A stretch of 58,919 bases of DNA, the filler included, from Nemertoderma westbladi (lineage: Eukaryota; Animalia; Xenacoelomorpha), in the NCBI GenBank assembly GCA_032718475.1. It is 3 parts of 3 records of this genome, joined end to end, with 100 filler letters (N's around TTAATTAATTAA, not from the genome) between each part and the next. Parts side by side here need not be neighbours in the genome. Positions count along the whole stretch, not along the records: positions 35,137 to 58,919 come from JAUCBJ010006162.1; 2 more parts are not named here. The stretch is one strand, 5' to 3'. The translations under genes and the position numbers were made by a program. The notes beneath the pieces were generated by a model, which searched no databases, was not told where the DNA came from, and was given only the letters and a program-made list of their open reading frames with translations. Below are positions 35,137 through 48,864 of this stretch, piece after piece (the first letter of the stretch is position 1; every line of letters starts with the position of its first letter).

Positions 35137-38100
35137 ACAGTAAACACTTCTTCTCTGTTTCCTAAAGGAATGCGTGTTCACCACCATAGATGATCTTCCA
35201 CAGTAAACCCTTCCACTTTGTTTCCTAAAGGAATGCCTGTTCACCAACATGGTTGATCTTCCACAGTAAACACTTCCACTCTGTTTCCTAAAGGAATGCC
35301 TGTTCACCACCATGGATGATCTTCCACAGTAAACCCTTCCACTTTGTTTCCTAAAGGAATGCCTGTTCACCACCATGGATGATCTTCCACAGTAAACCCT
35401 TCCACTTTGTTTCCTAAAGGAATGCCTGTTCACCAACATGGTTGATCTTCCACAGTAAACACTTCCACTCTGTTTCCTAAAGGAATGCCTGTTCACCACC
35501 ATGGGTGATCTTCCACAGTAAACACTTCTTCTCTGTTTCCTAAAGGAATGCCTGTTCACCACCATGGATGATCTTCCACAGTAAACCCTTCCACTTTGTT
35601 TCCTAAAGGAATGCCTGTTCACCAACATGGTTGATCTTCCACAGTAAACACTTCCACTCTGTTTCCTAAAGGAATGCCTGTTCACCACCATGGATGATCT
35701 TCCACAGTAAACCCTTCCACTTTGTTTCCTAAAGGAATGCCTGTTCACCACCATGGATGATCTTCCACAGTAAACCCTTCCACTTTGTTTCCTAAAGGAA
35801 TGCCTGTTCACCACCATGGATGATCTTCCACAGTAAACACTTCCACTCTGTTTCCTAAAGGAATGCCTGTTCACCACCATGGATGATCTTCCACAGTAAA
35901 CCCTTGCACTCTGTTTCCTAAAGGAATGCCTGTTCACCACCATGGATGATCTTCCACAGTAAACCCTTCTTCTCTGTTTCCTAAAGGAATGCCTGTTCAC
36001 CACCATGGTTGATCTTCCACAGTAAACCCTTCTTCTCTGTTTCCTAAAGGAATGCCTGTTCACCACCATGGATGATCTTCCACAGTAAACACTTCCACTC
36101 TGTTTCCTAAAGGAATGCCTGTTCACCACCATGGATGATCTTCCACAGTAAACCCTTCCACTTTGTTTCCTAAAGGAATGCCTGTTCACCAACATGGTTG
36201 ATCTTCCACAGTAAACCCTTCTTCTCTGTTTCCTAAAGGAATGCCTGTTCACCACCATGGATGATCTTCCACAGTAAACCCTTCCACTCTGTTTCCTGAA
36301 GGAATGCCTGTTCACCACCATGGATGATCTTCCACAGTAAACACTTCCACTCTGTTTCCTAAAGGAATGCCTGTTCACCACCATGGATGATCTTCCACAG
36401 TAAACCCTTGCACTCTGTTTCCTAAAGGAATGCCTGTTCACCACCATGGATGATCTTCCACAGTAAACCCTTCCACTTTGTTTCCTAAAGGAATGCCTGT
36501 TCACCAACATGGTTGATCTTCCACAGTAAACCCTTCTTCTCTGTTTCCTAAAGGAATGCCTGTTCACAACCATGGATGATCTTCCACAGTAAACACTTCC
36601 ACTCTGTTTCCTAAAGGAATGCCTGTTCACCACCATGGATGATCTTCCACAGTAAACACTTCCACTCTGTTTCCTAAAGGAATGCCTGTTCACCACCATG
36701 GATGATCTTCCACAGTAAACCCTTCCACTCTGTTTCCTAAAGGAATGCCTGTTCACCACCATGGATGATCTTCCACAGTAAACCCTTCCACTCTGTTTCC
36801 TAAAGGAATGCCTGTTCACCACCATGGGTGATCTTCCACAGTAAACCCTTCTTCTCTGTTTCCTAAAGGAATGCCTGTTCACCACCATGGATGATCTTCC
36901 ACAGTAAACCCTTCCACTTTGTTTCCTAAAGGAATGCCTGTTCACCAACATGGTTGATCTTCCACAGTAAACACTTCCACTCTGTTTCCTAAAGGAATGC
37001 CTGTTCACCACCATGGATGATCTTCCACAGTAAACCCTTCCACTTTGTTTCCTAAAGGAATGCCTGTTCACCACCATGGATGATCTTCCACAGTAAACCC
37101 TTCCACTCTGTTTCCTAAAGGAATGCCTGTTCACCACCATGGATGATCTTCCACAGTAAACACTTCCACTCTGTTTCCTAAAGGAATGCCTGTTCACCAC
37201 CATGGATGATCTTCCACAGTAAACCCTTGCACTCTGTTTCCTAAAGGAATGCCTGTTCACCACCATGGATGATCTTCCACAGTAAACCCTTCTTCTCTGT
37301 TTCCTAAAGGAATGCCTGTTCACCAACATGGTTGATCTTCCACAGTAAACCCTTCTTCTCTGTTTCCTAAAGGAATGCCTGTTCACCACCATGGATGATC
37401 TTCCACAGTAAACACTTCCACTCTGTTTCCTAAAGGAATGCCTGTTCACCACCATGGATGATCTTCCACAGTAAACCCTTCCACTTTGTTTCCTAAAGGA
37501 ATGCCTGTTCACCAACATGGTTGATCTTCCACAGTAAACCCTTCTTCTCTGTTTCCTAAAGGAATGCCTGTTCACCACCATGGATGATCTTCCACAGTAA
37601 ACACTTCCACTCTGTTTCCTGAAGGAATGCCTGTTCACCACCATGGATGATCTTCCACAGTAAACACTTCCACTCTGTTTCCTAAAGGAATGCCTGTTCA
37701 CCACCATGGATGATCTTCCACAGTAAACCCTTGCACTCTGTTTCCTAAAGGAATGCCTGTTCACCACCATGGATGATCTTCCACAGTAAACCCTTCCACT
37801 TTGTTTCCTAAAGGAATGCCTGTTCACCAACATGGTTGATCTTCCACAGTAAACCCTTCTTCTCTGTTTCCTAAAGGAATGCCTGTTCACAACCATGGAT
37901 GATCTTCCACAGTAAACACTTCCACTCTGTTTCCTAAAGGAATGCCTGTTCACCACCATGGATGATCTTCCACAGTAAACACTTCCACTCTGTTTCCTAA
38001 AGGAATGCCTGTTCACCACCATGGATGATCTTCCACAGTAAACCCTTACACTCTGTTTCCTAAAGGAATGCCTGTTCACCACCATGGATGATCTTCCACA

Positions 38101-41100
38101 GTAAACCCTTCTTCTCTGTTTCCTAAAGGAATGCCTGTTCACCACCATGGATGATCTTCCACAGTAAACCCTTCTTCTCTGTTTCCTAAAGGAATGCCTG
38201 TTCACCACCATGGATGATCTTCCACAGTAAACCCTTCCACTTTGTTTCCTAAAGGAATGCCTGTTCACCAACATGGTTGATCTTCCACAGTAAACCCTTC
38301 TTCTCTGTTTCCTAAAGGAATGCCTGTTCACAACCATGGATGATCTTCCACAGTAAACACTTCCACTCTGTTTCCTAAAGGAATGCCTGTTCACCACCAT
38401 GGATGATCTTCCACAGTAAACACTTCCACTCTGTTTCCTAAAGGAATGCCTGTTCACCACCATGGATGATCTTCCACAGTAAACCCTTGCACTCTGTTTC
38501 CTAAAGGAATGCCTGTTCACCACCATGGATGATCTTCCACAGTAAACCCTTCTTCTCTGTTTCCTAAAGGATTGCCTGTTCACCAACATGGTTGATCTTC
38601 CACAGTAAACACTTCCACTCTGTTTCCTAAAGGAATGCCTGTTCACCACCATGGGTGATCTTCCACAGTAAACACTTCTTCTCTGTTTCCTAAAGGAATG
38701 CCTGTTCACCACCATGGATGATCTTCCACAGTAAACCCTTCCACTTTGTTTCCTAAAGGAATGCCTGTTCACCAACATGGTTGATCTTCCACAGTAAACA
38801 CTTCCACTCTGTTTCCTAAAGGAATGCCTGTTCACCACCATGGATGATCTTCCACAGTAAACCCTTCCAATTTGTTTCCTAAAGGAATGCCTGTTCACCA
38901 CCATGGATGATCTTCCACAGTAAACCCTTCCACTTTGTTTCCTAAAGGAATGCCTGTTCACCACCATGGATGATCTTCCACAGTAAACACTTCCACTCTG
39001 TTTCCTAAAGGAATGCCTGTTCACCACCATGGATGATCTTCCACAGTAAACCCTTACACTCTGTTTCCTAAAGGAATGCCTGTTCACCACCATGGATGAT
39101 CTTCCACAGTAAACCCTTCTTCTCTGTTTCCTAAAGGAATGCCTGTTCACCACCATGGATGATCTTCCACAGTAAACCCTTCTTCTCTGTTTCCTAAAGG
39201 AATGCCTGTTCACCACCATGGATGATCTTCCACAGTAAACCCTTCCACTTTGTTTCCTAAAGGAATGCCTGTTCACCAACATGGTTGATCTTCCACAGTA
39301 AACCCTTCTTCTCTGTTTCCTAAAGGAATGCCTGTTCACAACCATGGATGATCTTCCACAGTAAACACTTCCACTCTGTTTCCTAAAGGAATGCCTGTTC
39401 ACCACCATGGATGATCTTCCACAGTAAACACTTCCACTCTGTTTCCTAAAGGAATGCCTGTTCACCACCATGGATGATCTTCCACAGTAAACCCTTGCAC
39501 TCTGTTTCCTAAAGGAATGCCTGTTCACCACCATGGATGATCTTCCACAGTAAACCCTTCTTCTCTGTTTCCTAAAGGATTGCCTGTTCACCAACATGGT
39601 TGATCTTCCACAGTAAACACTTCCACTCTGTTTCCTAAAGGAATGCCTGTTCACCACCATGGGTGATCTTCCACAGTAAACACTTCTTCTCTGTTTCCTA
39701 AAGGAATGCCTGTTCACCACCATGGATGATCTTCCACAGTAAACCCTTCCACTTTGTTTCCTAAAGGAATGCCTGTTCACCAACATGGTTGATCTTCCAC
39801 AGTAAACACTTCCACTCTGTTTCCTAAAGGAATGCCTGTTCACCACCATGGATGATCTTCCACAGTAAACCCTTCCAATTTGTTTCCTAAAGGAATGCCT
39901 GTTCACCACCATGGATGATCTTCCACAGTAAACCCTTCCACTTTGTTTCCTAAAGGAATGCCTGTTCACCACCATGGATGATCTTCCACAGTAAACACTT
40001 CCACTCTGTTTCCTAAAGGAATGCATGTTCACCACCATGGATGATCTTCCACAGTAAACCCTTGCACTCTGTTTCCTAAAGGAATGCCTGTTCACCACCA
40101 TGGATGATCTTCCACAGTAAACCCTTCTTCTCTGTTTCCTAAAGGAATGCCTGTTCACCAACATGGTTGATCTTCCACAGTAAACCCTTCTTCTCTGTTT
40201 CCTAAAGGAATGCCTGTTCACCACCATGGATGATCTTCCACAGTAAACACTTCCACTCTGTTTCCTAAAGGAATGCCTGTTCAACACCATGGATGATCTT
40301 CCACAGTAAACCCTTCCACTTTGTTTCCTAAAGGAATGCCTGTTCACCAACATGGTTGATCTTCCACAGTAAACCCTTCTTCTCTGTTTCCTAAAGGAAT
40401 GCCTGTTCACCACCATGGATGATCTTCCACAGTAAACACTTCCACTCTGTTTCCTGAAGGAATGCCTGTTCACCACCATGGATGATCTTCCACAGTAAAC
40501 ACTTCCACTCTGTTTCCTAAAGGAATGCCTGTTCACCACCATGGATGATCTTCCACAGTAAACCCTTGCACTCTGTTTCCTAAAGGAATGCCTGTTCACC
40601 ACCATGGATGATCTTCCACAGTAAACCCTTCCACTTTGTTTCCTAAAGGAATGCCTGTTCACCAACATGGTTGATCTTCCACAGTAAACCCTTCTTTTCT
40701 GTTTCCTAAAGGAATGCCTGTTCACAACCATGGATGATCTTCCACAGTAAACACTTCCACTCTGTTTCCTAAAGGAATGCCTGTTCACCACCATGGATGA
40801 TCTTCCACAGTAAACACTTCCACTCTGTTTCCTAAAGGAATGCCTGTTCACCACCATGGATGATCTTCCACAGTAAACCCTTGCACTCTGTTTCCTAAAG
40901 GAATGCCTGTTCACCACCATGGATGATCTTCCACAGTAAACCCTTCTTCTCTGTTTCCTAAAGGAATGCCTGTTCACCACCATGGATGATCTTCCACAGT
41001 AAACCCTTCTTCTCTGTTTCCTAAAGGAATGCCTGTTCACCACCATGGATGATCTTCCACAGTAAACCCTTCCACTTTGTTTCCTAAAGGAATGCCTGTT

Positions 41101-44100
41101 CACCAACATGGTTGATCTTCCACAGTAAACCCTTCTTCTCTGTTTCCTAAAGGAATGCCTGTTCACAACCATGGATGATCTTCCACAGTAAACACTTCCA
41201 CTCTGTTTCCTAAAGGAATGCCTGTTCACCACCATGGATGATCTTCCACAGTAAACACTTCCACTCTGTTTCCTAAAGGAATGCCTGTTCACCACCATGG
41301 ATGATCTTCCACAGTAAACCCTTGCACTCTGTTTCCTAAAGGAATGCCTGTTCACCACCATGGATGATCTTCCACAGTAAACCCTTCTTCTCTGTTTCCT
41401 AAAGGAATGCCTGTTCACCAACATGGTTGATCTTCCACAGTAAACCCTTCTTCTCTGTTTCCTAAAGGAATGCCTGTTCACCACCATGGATGATCTTCCA
41501 CAGTAAACACTTCCACTGTGTTTCCTAAAGGAATGCCTGTTCACCACCATGGATGATCTTCCACAGTAAACCCTTCCACTTTGTTTCCTAAAGGAATGCC
41601 TGTTCACCAACATGGTTGATCTTCCACAGTAAACCCTTCTTCTCTGTTTCCTAAAGGAATGCCTGTTCACCACCATGGATGATCTTCCACAGTAAACACT
41701 TCCACTCTGTTTCCTAAAGGAATGCCTGTTCACCACCATGGATGATCTTCCACAGTAAACACTTCCACTCTGTTTCCTAAAGGAATGCCTGTTCACCACC
41801 ATGGATGATCTTCCACAGTAAACCCTTGCACTCTGTTTCCTAAAGGAATGCCTGTTCACCACCATGGATGATCTTCCACAGTAAACCCTTCCACTTTGTT
41901 TCCTAAAGGAATGCCTGTTCACCAACATGGTTGATCTTCCACAGTAAACCCTTCTTCTCTGTTTCCTAAAGGAATGCCTGTTCACAACCATGGATGATCT
42001 TCCACAGTAAACACTTCCACTCTGTTTCCTAAAGGAATGCCTGTTCACCACCATGGATGATCTTCCACAGTAAACACTTCCACTCTGTTTCCTAAAGGAA
42101 TGCCTGTTCACCACCATGGATGATCTTCCACAGTAAACCCTTGCACTCTGTTTCCTAAAGGAATGCCTGTTCACCACCATGGATGATCTTCCACAGTAAA
42201 CCCTTCTTCTCTGTTTCCTAAAGGAATGCCTGTTTACCACCATGGATGATCTTCCACAGTAAACACTTCCACTCTGTTTCCTAAAGGAATGCCTGTTCAC
42301 CACCATGGATGATCTTCCACAGTAAACCCTTGCACTCTGTTTCCTAAAGGAATGCCTGTTCACCACCATGGATGATCTTCCACAGTAAACCCTTCTTCTC
42401 TGTTTCCTAAAGGAATGCCTGTTCACCAACATGGTTGATCTTCCACAGTAAACCCTTCTTCTCTGTTTCCTAAAGGAATGCCTGTTCACCACCATGGATG
42501 ATCTTCCACAGTAAACACTTCCACTCTGTTTCCTAAAGGAATGCCTGTTCACCACCATGGATGATCTTCCACAGTAAACCCTTGCACTCTGTTTCCTAAA
42601 GGAATGCCTGTTCACCACCATGGATGATCTTCCACAGTAAACCCTTCCACTTTGTTTCCTAAAGGAATGCCTTTTCACCAACATGGTTGATCTTCCACAG
42701 TAAACCCTTCTTCTCTGTTTCCTAAAGGAATGCCTGTTCACCACCATGGATGATCTTCCACAGTAAACACTTCCACTCTGTTTCCTAAAGGAATGCCTGT
42801 TCACCACCATGGATGATCTTCCACAGTAAACACTTCCACTCTGTTTCCTAAAGGAATGCCTGTTCACCACCATGGATGATCTTCCACAGTAAACCCTTGC
42901 ACTCTGTTTCCTAAAGGAATGCCTGTTCACCACCATGGATGATCTTCCACAGTAAACCCTTCTTCTCTGTTTCCTAAAGGATTGCCTGTTCACCAACATG
43001 GTTGATCTTCCACAGTAAACACTTCCACTCTGTTTCCTAAAGGAATGCCTGTTCACCACCATGGGTGATCTTCCACAGTAAACACTTCTTCTCTGTTTCC
43101 TAAAGGAATGCCTGTTCACCACCATGGATGATCTTCCACAGTAAACCCTTCCACTTTGTTTCCTAAAGGAATGCCTGTTCACCAACATGGTTGATCTTCC
43201 ACAGTAAACACTTCCACTCTGTTTCCTAAAGGAATGCCTGTTCACCACCATGGATGATCTTCCACAGTAAACCCTTCCAATTTGTTTCCTAAAGGAATGC
43301 CTGTTCACCACCATGGATGATCTTCCACAGTAAACCCTTCCACTTTGTTTCCTAAAGGAATGCCTGTTCACCACCATGGATGATCTTCCACAGTAAACAC
43401 TTCCACTCTGTTTCCTAAAGGAATGCCTGTTCACCACCATGGATGATCTTCCACAGTAAACCCTTGCACTCTGTTTCCTAAAGGAATGCCTGTTCACCAC
43501 CATGGATGATCTTCCACAGTAAACCCTTCTTCTCTGTTTCCTAAAGGAATGCCTGTTCACCAACATGGTTGATCTTCCACAGTAAACCCTTCTTCTCTGT
43601 TTCCTAAAGGAATGCCTGTTCACCACCATGGATGATCTTCCACAGTAAACACTTCCACTCTGTTTCCTAAAGGAATGCCTGTTCAACACCATGGATGATC
43701 TTCCACAGTAAACCCTTCCACTTTGTTTCCTAAAGGAATGCCTGTTCACCAACATGGTTGATCTTCCACAGTAAACCCTTCTTCTCTGTTTCCTAAAGGA
43801 ATGCCTGTTCACCACCATGGATGATCTTCCACAGTAAACACTTCCACTCTGTTTCCTGAAGGAATGCCTGTTCACCACCATGGATGATCTTCCACAGTAA
43901 ACACTTCCACTCTGTTTCCTAAAGGAATGCCTGTTCACCACCATGGATGATCTTCCACAGTAAACCCTTGCACTCTGTTTCCTAAAGGAATGCCTGTTCA
44001 CCACCATGGATGATCTTCCACAGTAAACCCTTCCACTTTGTTTCCTAAAGGAATGCCTGTTCACCAACATGGTTGATCTTCCACAGTAAACCCTTCTTTT

Positions 44101-47100
44101 CTGTTTCCTAAAGGAATGCCTGTTCACAACCATGGATGATCTTCCACAGTAAACACTTCCACTCTGTTTCCTAAAGGAATGCCTGTTCACCACCATGGAT
44201 GATCTTCCACAGTAAACACTTCCACTCTGTTTCCTAAAGGAATGCCTGTTCACCACCATGGATGATCTTCCACAGTAAACCCTTGCACTCTGTTTCCTAA
44301 AGGAATGCCTGTTCACCACCATGGATGATCTTCCACAGTAAACCCTTCTTCTCTGTTTCCTAAAGGAATGCCTGTTCACCACCATGGATGATCTTCCACA
44401 GTAAACCCTTCTTCTCTGTTTCCTAAAGGAATGCCTGTTCACCACCATGGATGATCTTCCACAGTAAACCCTTCCACTTTGTTTCCTAAAGGAATGCCTG
44501 TTCACCAACATGGTTGATCTTCCACAGTAAACCCTTCTTCTCTGTTTCCTAAAGGAATGCCTGTTCACAACCATGGATGATCTTCCACAGTAAACACTTC
44601 CACTCTGTTTCCTAAAGGAATGCCTGTTCACCACCATGGATGATCTTCCACAGTAAACACTTCCACTCTGTTTCCTAAAGGAATGCCTGTTCACCACCAT
44701 GGATGATCTTCCACAGTAAACCCTTGCACTCTGTTTCCTAAAGGAATGCCTGTTCACCACCATGGATGATCTTCCACAGTAAACCCTTCTTCTCTGTTTC
44801 CTAAAGGAATGCCTGTTCACCAACATGGTTGATCTTCCACAGTAAACCCTTCTTCTCTGTTTCCTAAAGGAATGCCTGTTCACCACCATGGATGATCTTC
44901 CACAGTAAACACTTCCACTGTGTTTCCTAAAGGAATGCCTGTTCACCACCATGGATGATCTTCCACAGTAAACCCTTCCACTTTGTTTCCTAAAGGAATG
45001 CCTGTTCACCAACATGGTTGATCTTCCACAGTAAACCCTTCTTCTCTGTTTCCTAAAGGAATGCCTGTTCACCACCATGGATGATCTTCCACAGTAAACA
45101 CTTCCACTCTGTTTCCTAAAGGAATGCCTGTTCACCACCATGGATGATCTTCCACAGTAAACACTTCCACTCTGTTTCCTAAAGGAATGCCTGTTCACCA
45201 CCATGGATGATCTTCCACAGTAAACCCTTGCACTCTGTTTCCTAAAGGAATGCCTGTTCACCACCATGGATGATCTTCCACAGTAAACCCTTCCACTTTG
45301 TTTCCTAAAGGAATGCCTGTTCACCAACATGGTTGATCTTCCACAGTAAACCCTTCTTCTCTGTTTCCTAAAGGAATGCCTGTTCACAACCATGGATGAT
45401 CTTCCACAGTAAACACTTCCACTCTGTTTCCTAAAGGAATGCCTGTTCACCACCATGGATGATCTTCCACAGTAAACACTTCCACTCTGTTTCCTAAAGG
45501 AATGCCTGTTCACCACCATGGATGATCTTCCACAGTAAACCCTTGCACTCTGTTTCCTAAAGGAATGCCTGTTCACCACCATGGATGATCTTCCACAGTA
45601 AACCCTTCTTCTCTGTTTCCTAAAGGAATGCCTGTTTACCACCATGGATGATCTTCCACAGTAAACACTTCCACTCTGTTTCCTAAAGGAATGCCTGTTC
45701 ACCACCATGGATGATCTTCCACAGTAAACCCTTGCACTCTGTTTCCTAAAGGAATGCCTGTTCACCACCATGGATGATCTTCCACAGTAAACCCTTCTTC
45801 TCTGTTTCCTAAAGGAATGCCTGTTCACCAACATGGTTGATCTTCCACAGTAAACCCTTCTTCTCTGTTTCCTAAAGGAATGCCTGTTCACCACCATGGA
45901 TGATCTTCCACAGTAAACACTTCCACTCTGTTTCCTAAAGGAATGCCTGTTCACCACCATGGATGATCTTCCACAGTAAACCCTTGCACTCTGTTTCCTA
46001 AAGGAATGCCTGTTCACCACCATGGATGATCTTCCACAGTAAACCCTTCCACTTTGTTTCCTAAAGGAATGCCTTTTCACCAACATGGTTGATCTTCCAC
46101 AGTAAACCCTTCTTCTCTGTTTCCTAAAGGAATGCCTGTTCACCACCATGGATGATCTTCCACAGTAAACACTTCCACTCTGTTTCCTAAAGGAATGCCT
46201 GTTCACCACCAGGGATGATCTTACACAGTAAACCCTTGCACTCTGTTTCCTAAAGGAATGCCTGTTCACCACCATGGATGATCTTCCACAGTAAACCCTT
46301 CCACTTTGTTTCCTAAAGGAATGCCTGTTCACCACCATGGGTGATCTTCCACAGTAAACTCTTACATTCTGTTTCCTAAAGGAATGCCTGTTCACCACCA
46401 TGGTTGATCTTCCACAGTAAACTCTTCCATTCTGTTCTTAAAGGAATGCCTGTTCACCACCATGGTTGATCTTCCACAGTAAACCCTTCTACTCTGTTTC
46501 CTATAGGAATGCCTGTTTACCACCATGGGTGATCTTCCACATTAAACTCTTCCATTCTGTTTCCTAAAGGAATGACTGTTCAGTGTTCACCACCATGGTT
46601 GATCTTCCACAGTAAACTCTTCCATTCTGTTTCCTAAAGGAATGCCTGTTCACCACCATGGTTGATCTTCCACAGTAAACTCTTCCATTCTGTTTCCTAA
46701 AGGAATGCCTGTTCACCACCATGGTTGATCTTCCACAGTAAACCCTTCTACTCTGTTTCCTATAGGAATGCCTGTTTACCACCATGGGTGATCTTCCACA
46801 GTAAACTCTTCCATTATGTTTCCTAAAGGAATGCCTGTTCACCACCATGGTTGATCTTCCACAGTAAACTCTTCCATTCTGTTTCCTAAAGGAATGCCTG
46901 TTCACCACCATGGTTGATCTTCCACAGTAAACACTTCCACTCTATTTCCTATAGGAATGCCTGTTCACCACCATGGTTGATCTTCCTCAGTGAACCCTTC
47001 CACTTTGTTTCCTACAGGAATGCATGTTCCTTACCATGGGTGATCTTCCACAGTAAACCCTTCCACTTTGTTTCCTACAGGAATGCATGTTCCTCACCAT

Positions 47101-48344
47101 CTGTGATCCTCCACAGTAAACCCTTCCACTTTGTTTCCTAAAGGAATGCCTGTTCACCACCATGAGTGATCTTCCACAGTGAACCCTTCTTCTCTGTTTC
47201 CTAAAGGAATGCCTATTCACCACCGTGGGTGATCTTCTACAGTAAACACTTCCACTTTGTTTCCTGAAGGAATGCCTGTTCATCACCATGGGTAATCTTT
47301 CACAGTAAACCCTTCCACTTTGTTTCCTAAAGGAATGCTTGTTCATCACCATGGGTGATCTTCCACAGTAAACTCTTCCATTATGTTTCCTAAACGAATG
47401 CCTGTTGCCCACCATGGGTGATCTTCCACATTAAATTCTTCCACTCTGTTTCCTAAAGTAATGCTTGTTCACCACAATGGGTGATCTTCCACAGTAAACG
47501 TTTCGACTCTGTTTCCTAAAAGTAATGCTTGTTCACCACAATGGGTGATCTTCCACAGTAAACACTTCCACTTTGTTTATTTTAAAGGAATGCCTGTTCA
47601 TCACCATGGGTGATCTTTCACAGTAAACACTTCCACGTTGTTTCCTAAATGAATGCCTGTTCATCACCATGGGTGATCTTTCACAGTAAACCCTTCCACT
47701 TTGTTTCCTAAAGGAATGCTTGTTCATCACCATGGGTGATCTTCCACAGTAAACTCTTCCATTCTGTTTCCTAAATGAATGCGTGTTGCCCACTATGGGT
47801 GATCTTCCACATTAAACCCTTCCACTCTGTTTCCTAAAGTAATGCTTGTTCACCACCATGGGTGATCTTCCACATTAAACCCTTCCACTCTGTTTCCTAA
47901 AAGTAATGCTTGTTCACCACAATGGGTGATCTTCCACAGTAAACACTTCCACTTTGTTTCCTAAAGGAATGCCTGTTCATCACCATGGGTGATCTTTCAC
48001 AGTAAACCCTTCCACTTTGTTTCCTAAAGTAATGCCTGTTCACCACCATGGGTGATCTTCCACATTAAACCCCTTCACTCTGTTTCCTAAAAGAAATGCT
48101 TGTTCACCACAATGGGTGATCTTCCACAGTAAACACTTCCACTTTGTTTCCTAAAGGAATGCCTGTTCATCACCATGAGTGATCTTTCACAGTAAACACT
48201 TCCACTTTGTTTCCTAAAGGAATGCCTGTTCATCACCATGGGTGATCTTTCACAGTAAACCCTTCCACTTTGTTTCCTAAAGGAATGCTTGTTCATCACC
48301 ATGGGTGATCTTCCACAGTAAACTCTTCCATTCTGTTTCCTAAA
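35137..48344. repeat. 63-bp satellite, ~210 units, with higher-order structure
   Basis: Unit GAATGCCTGTTCACCACCATGGATGATCTTCCACAGTAAACCCTTCCACTCTGTTTCCTAAAG. Homogeneous to ~46200, then increasingly diverged. Confidence 0.98.
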
Positions 48345-48477
48345 TTAGATATAAAGCGGTAGGCTATTGCCAGTGGTTCCATTTAAATAATAATAAATTA
48401 CCATAAGCAAAATATAGCATATAGGTAAGTATTAGGGGTCTACACTGGCTGAATATTGTAATGAAAACGCTGGATTT

Positions 48478-48513
48478 GGTGAACGTTTTCGCCCTACCGG
48501 GCTACGTCAGACC
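48478..48513 (-). ncRNA. Minimal type-I hammerhead-ribozyme-like motif with a variant core
   Basis: Minus strand GGT-CTGACGTA-GCCC GGTA GGGC-GAAA-ACGT-TC-ACC: stem I GGT/ACC, stem II GCCC/GGGC, palindromic AACGTT in place of stem III. Confidence 0.6.
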
Positions 48514-48864
48514 TATTATATTAATAAAGCATAATGGAGTAATTAAATTCAATTCGAAATTCCCGCCACCTAAATAAAGCACTAATAGAATAGATAGTTC
48601 TAAGTAGGTCCTATATGTAATATAATATAAACAAAGTCGAAAACAAAATCAAAAAACAAAAAACAAAAGTCTCCAGAATAAAATAGATTTTTATCCAAAC
48701 TTACATAAAGTAAAAATCTAATCGTGTCTCTAAGTAGCTCTCGTACTATTATTATAAAAACAAAAACCTCAAAACGCTCAGTTTCAACTCCGTATAACAA
48801 GTAAGGTAATATACAGCCAAACACACATTAGCAACCCCCATATGCGTACTATCCATTCCCAAAA

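Noticed and set aside
35089-46401. 3770-aa ORF as a genuine gene
   Set aside because: Pure satellite translation with no unique N- or C-terminal sequence. Its stop comes from the artificial spacer.
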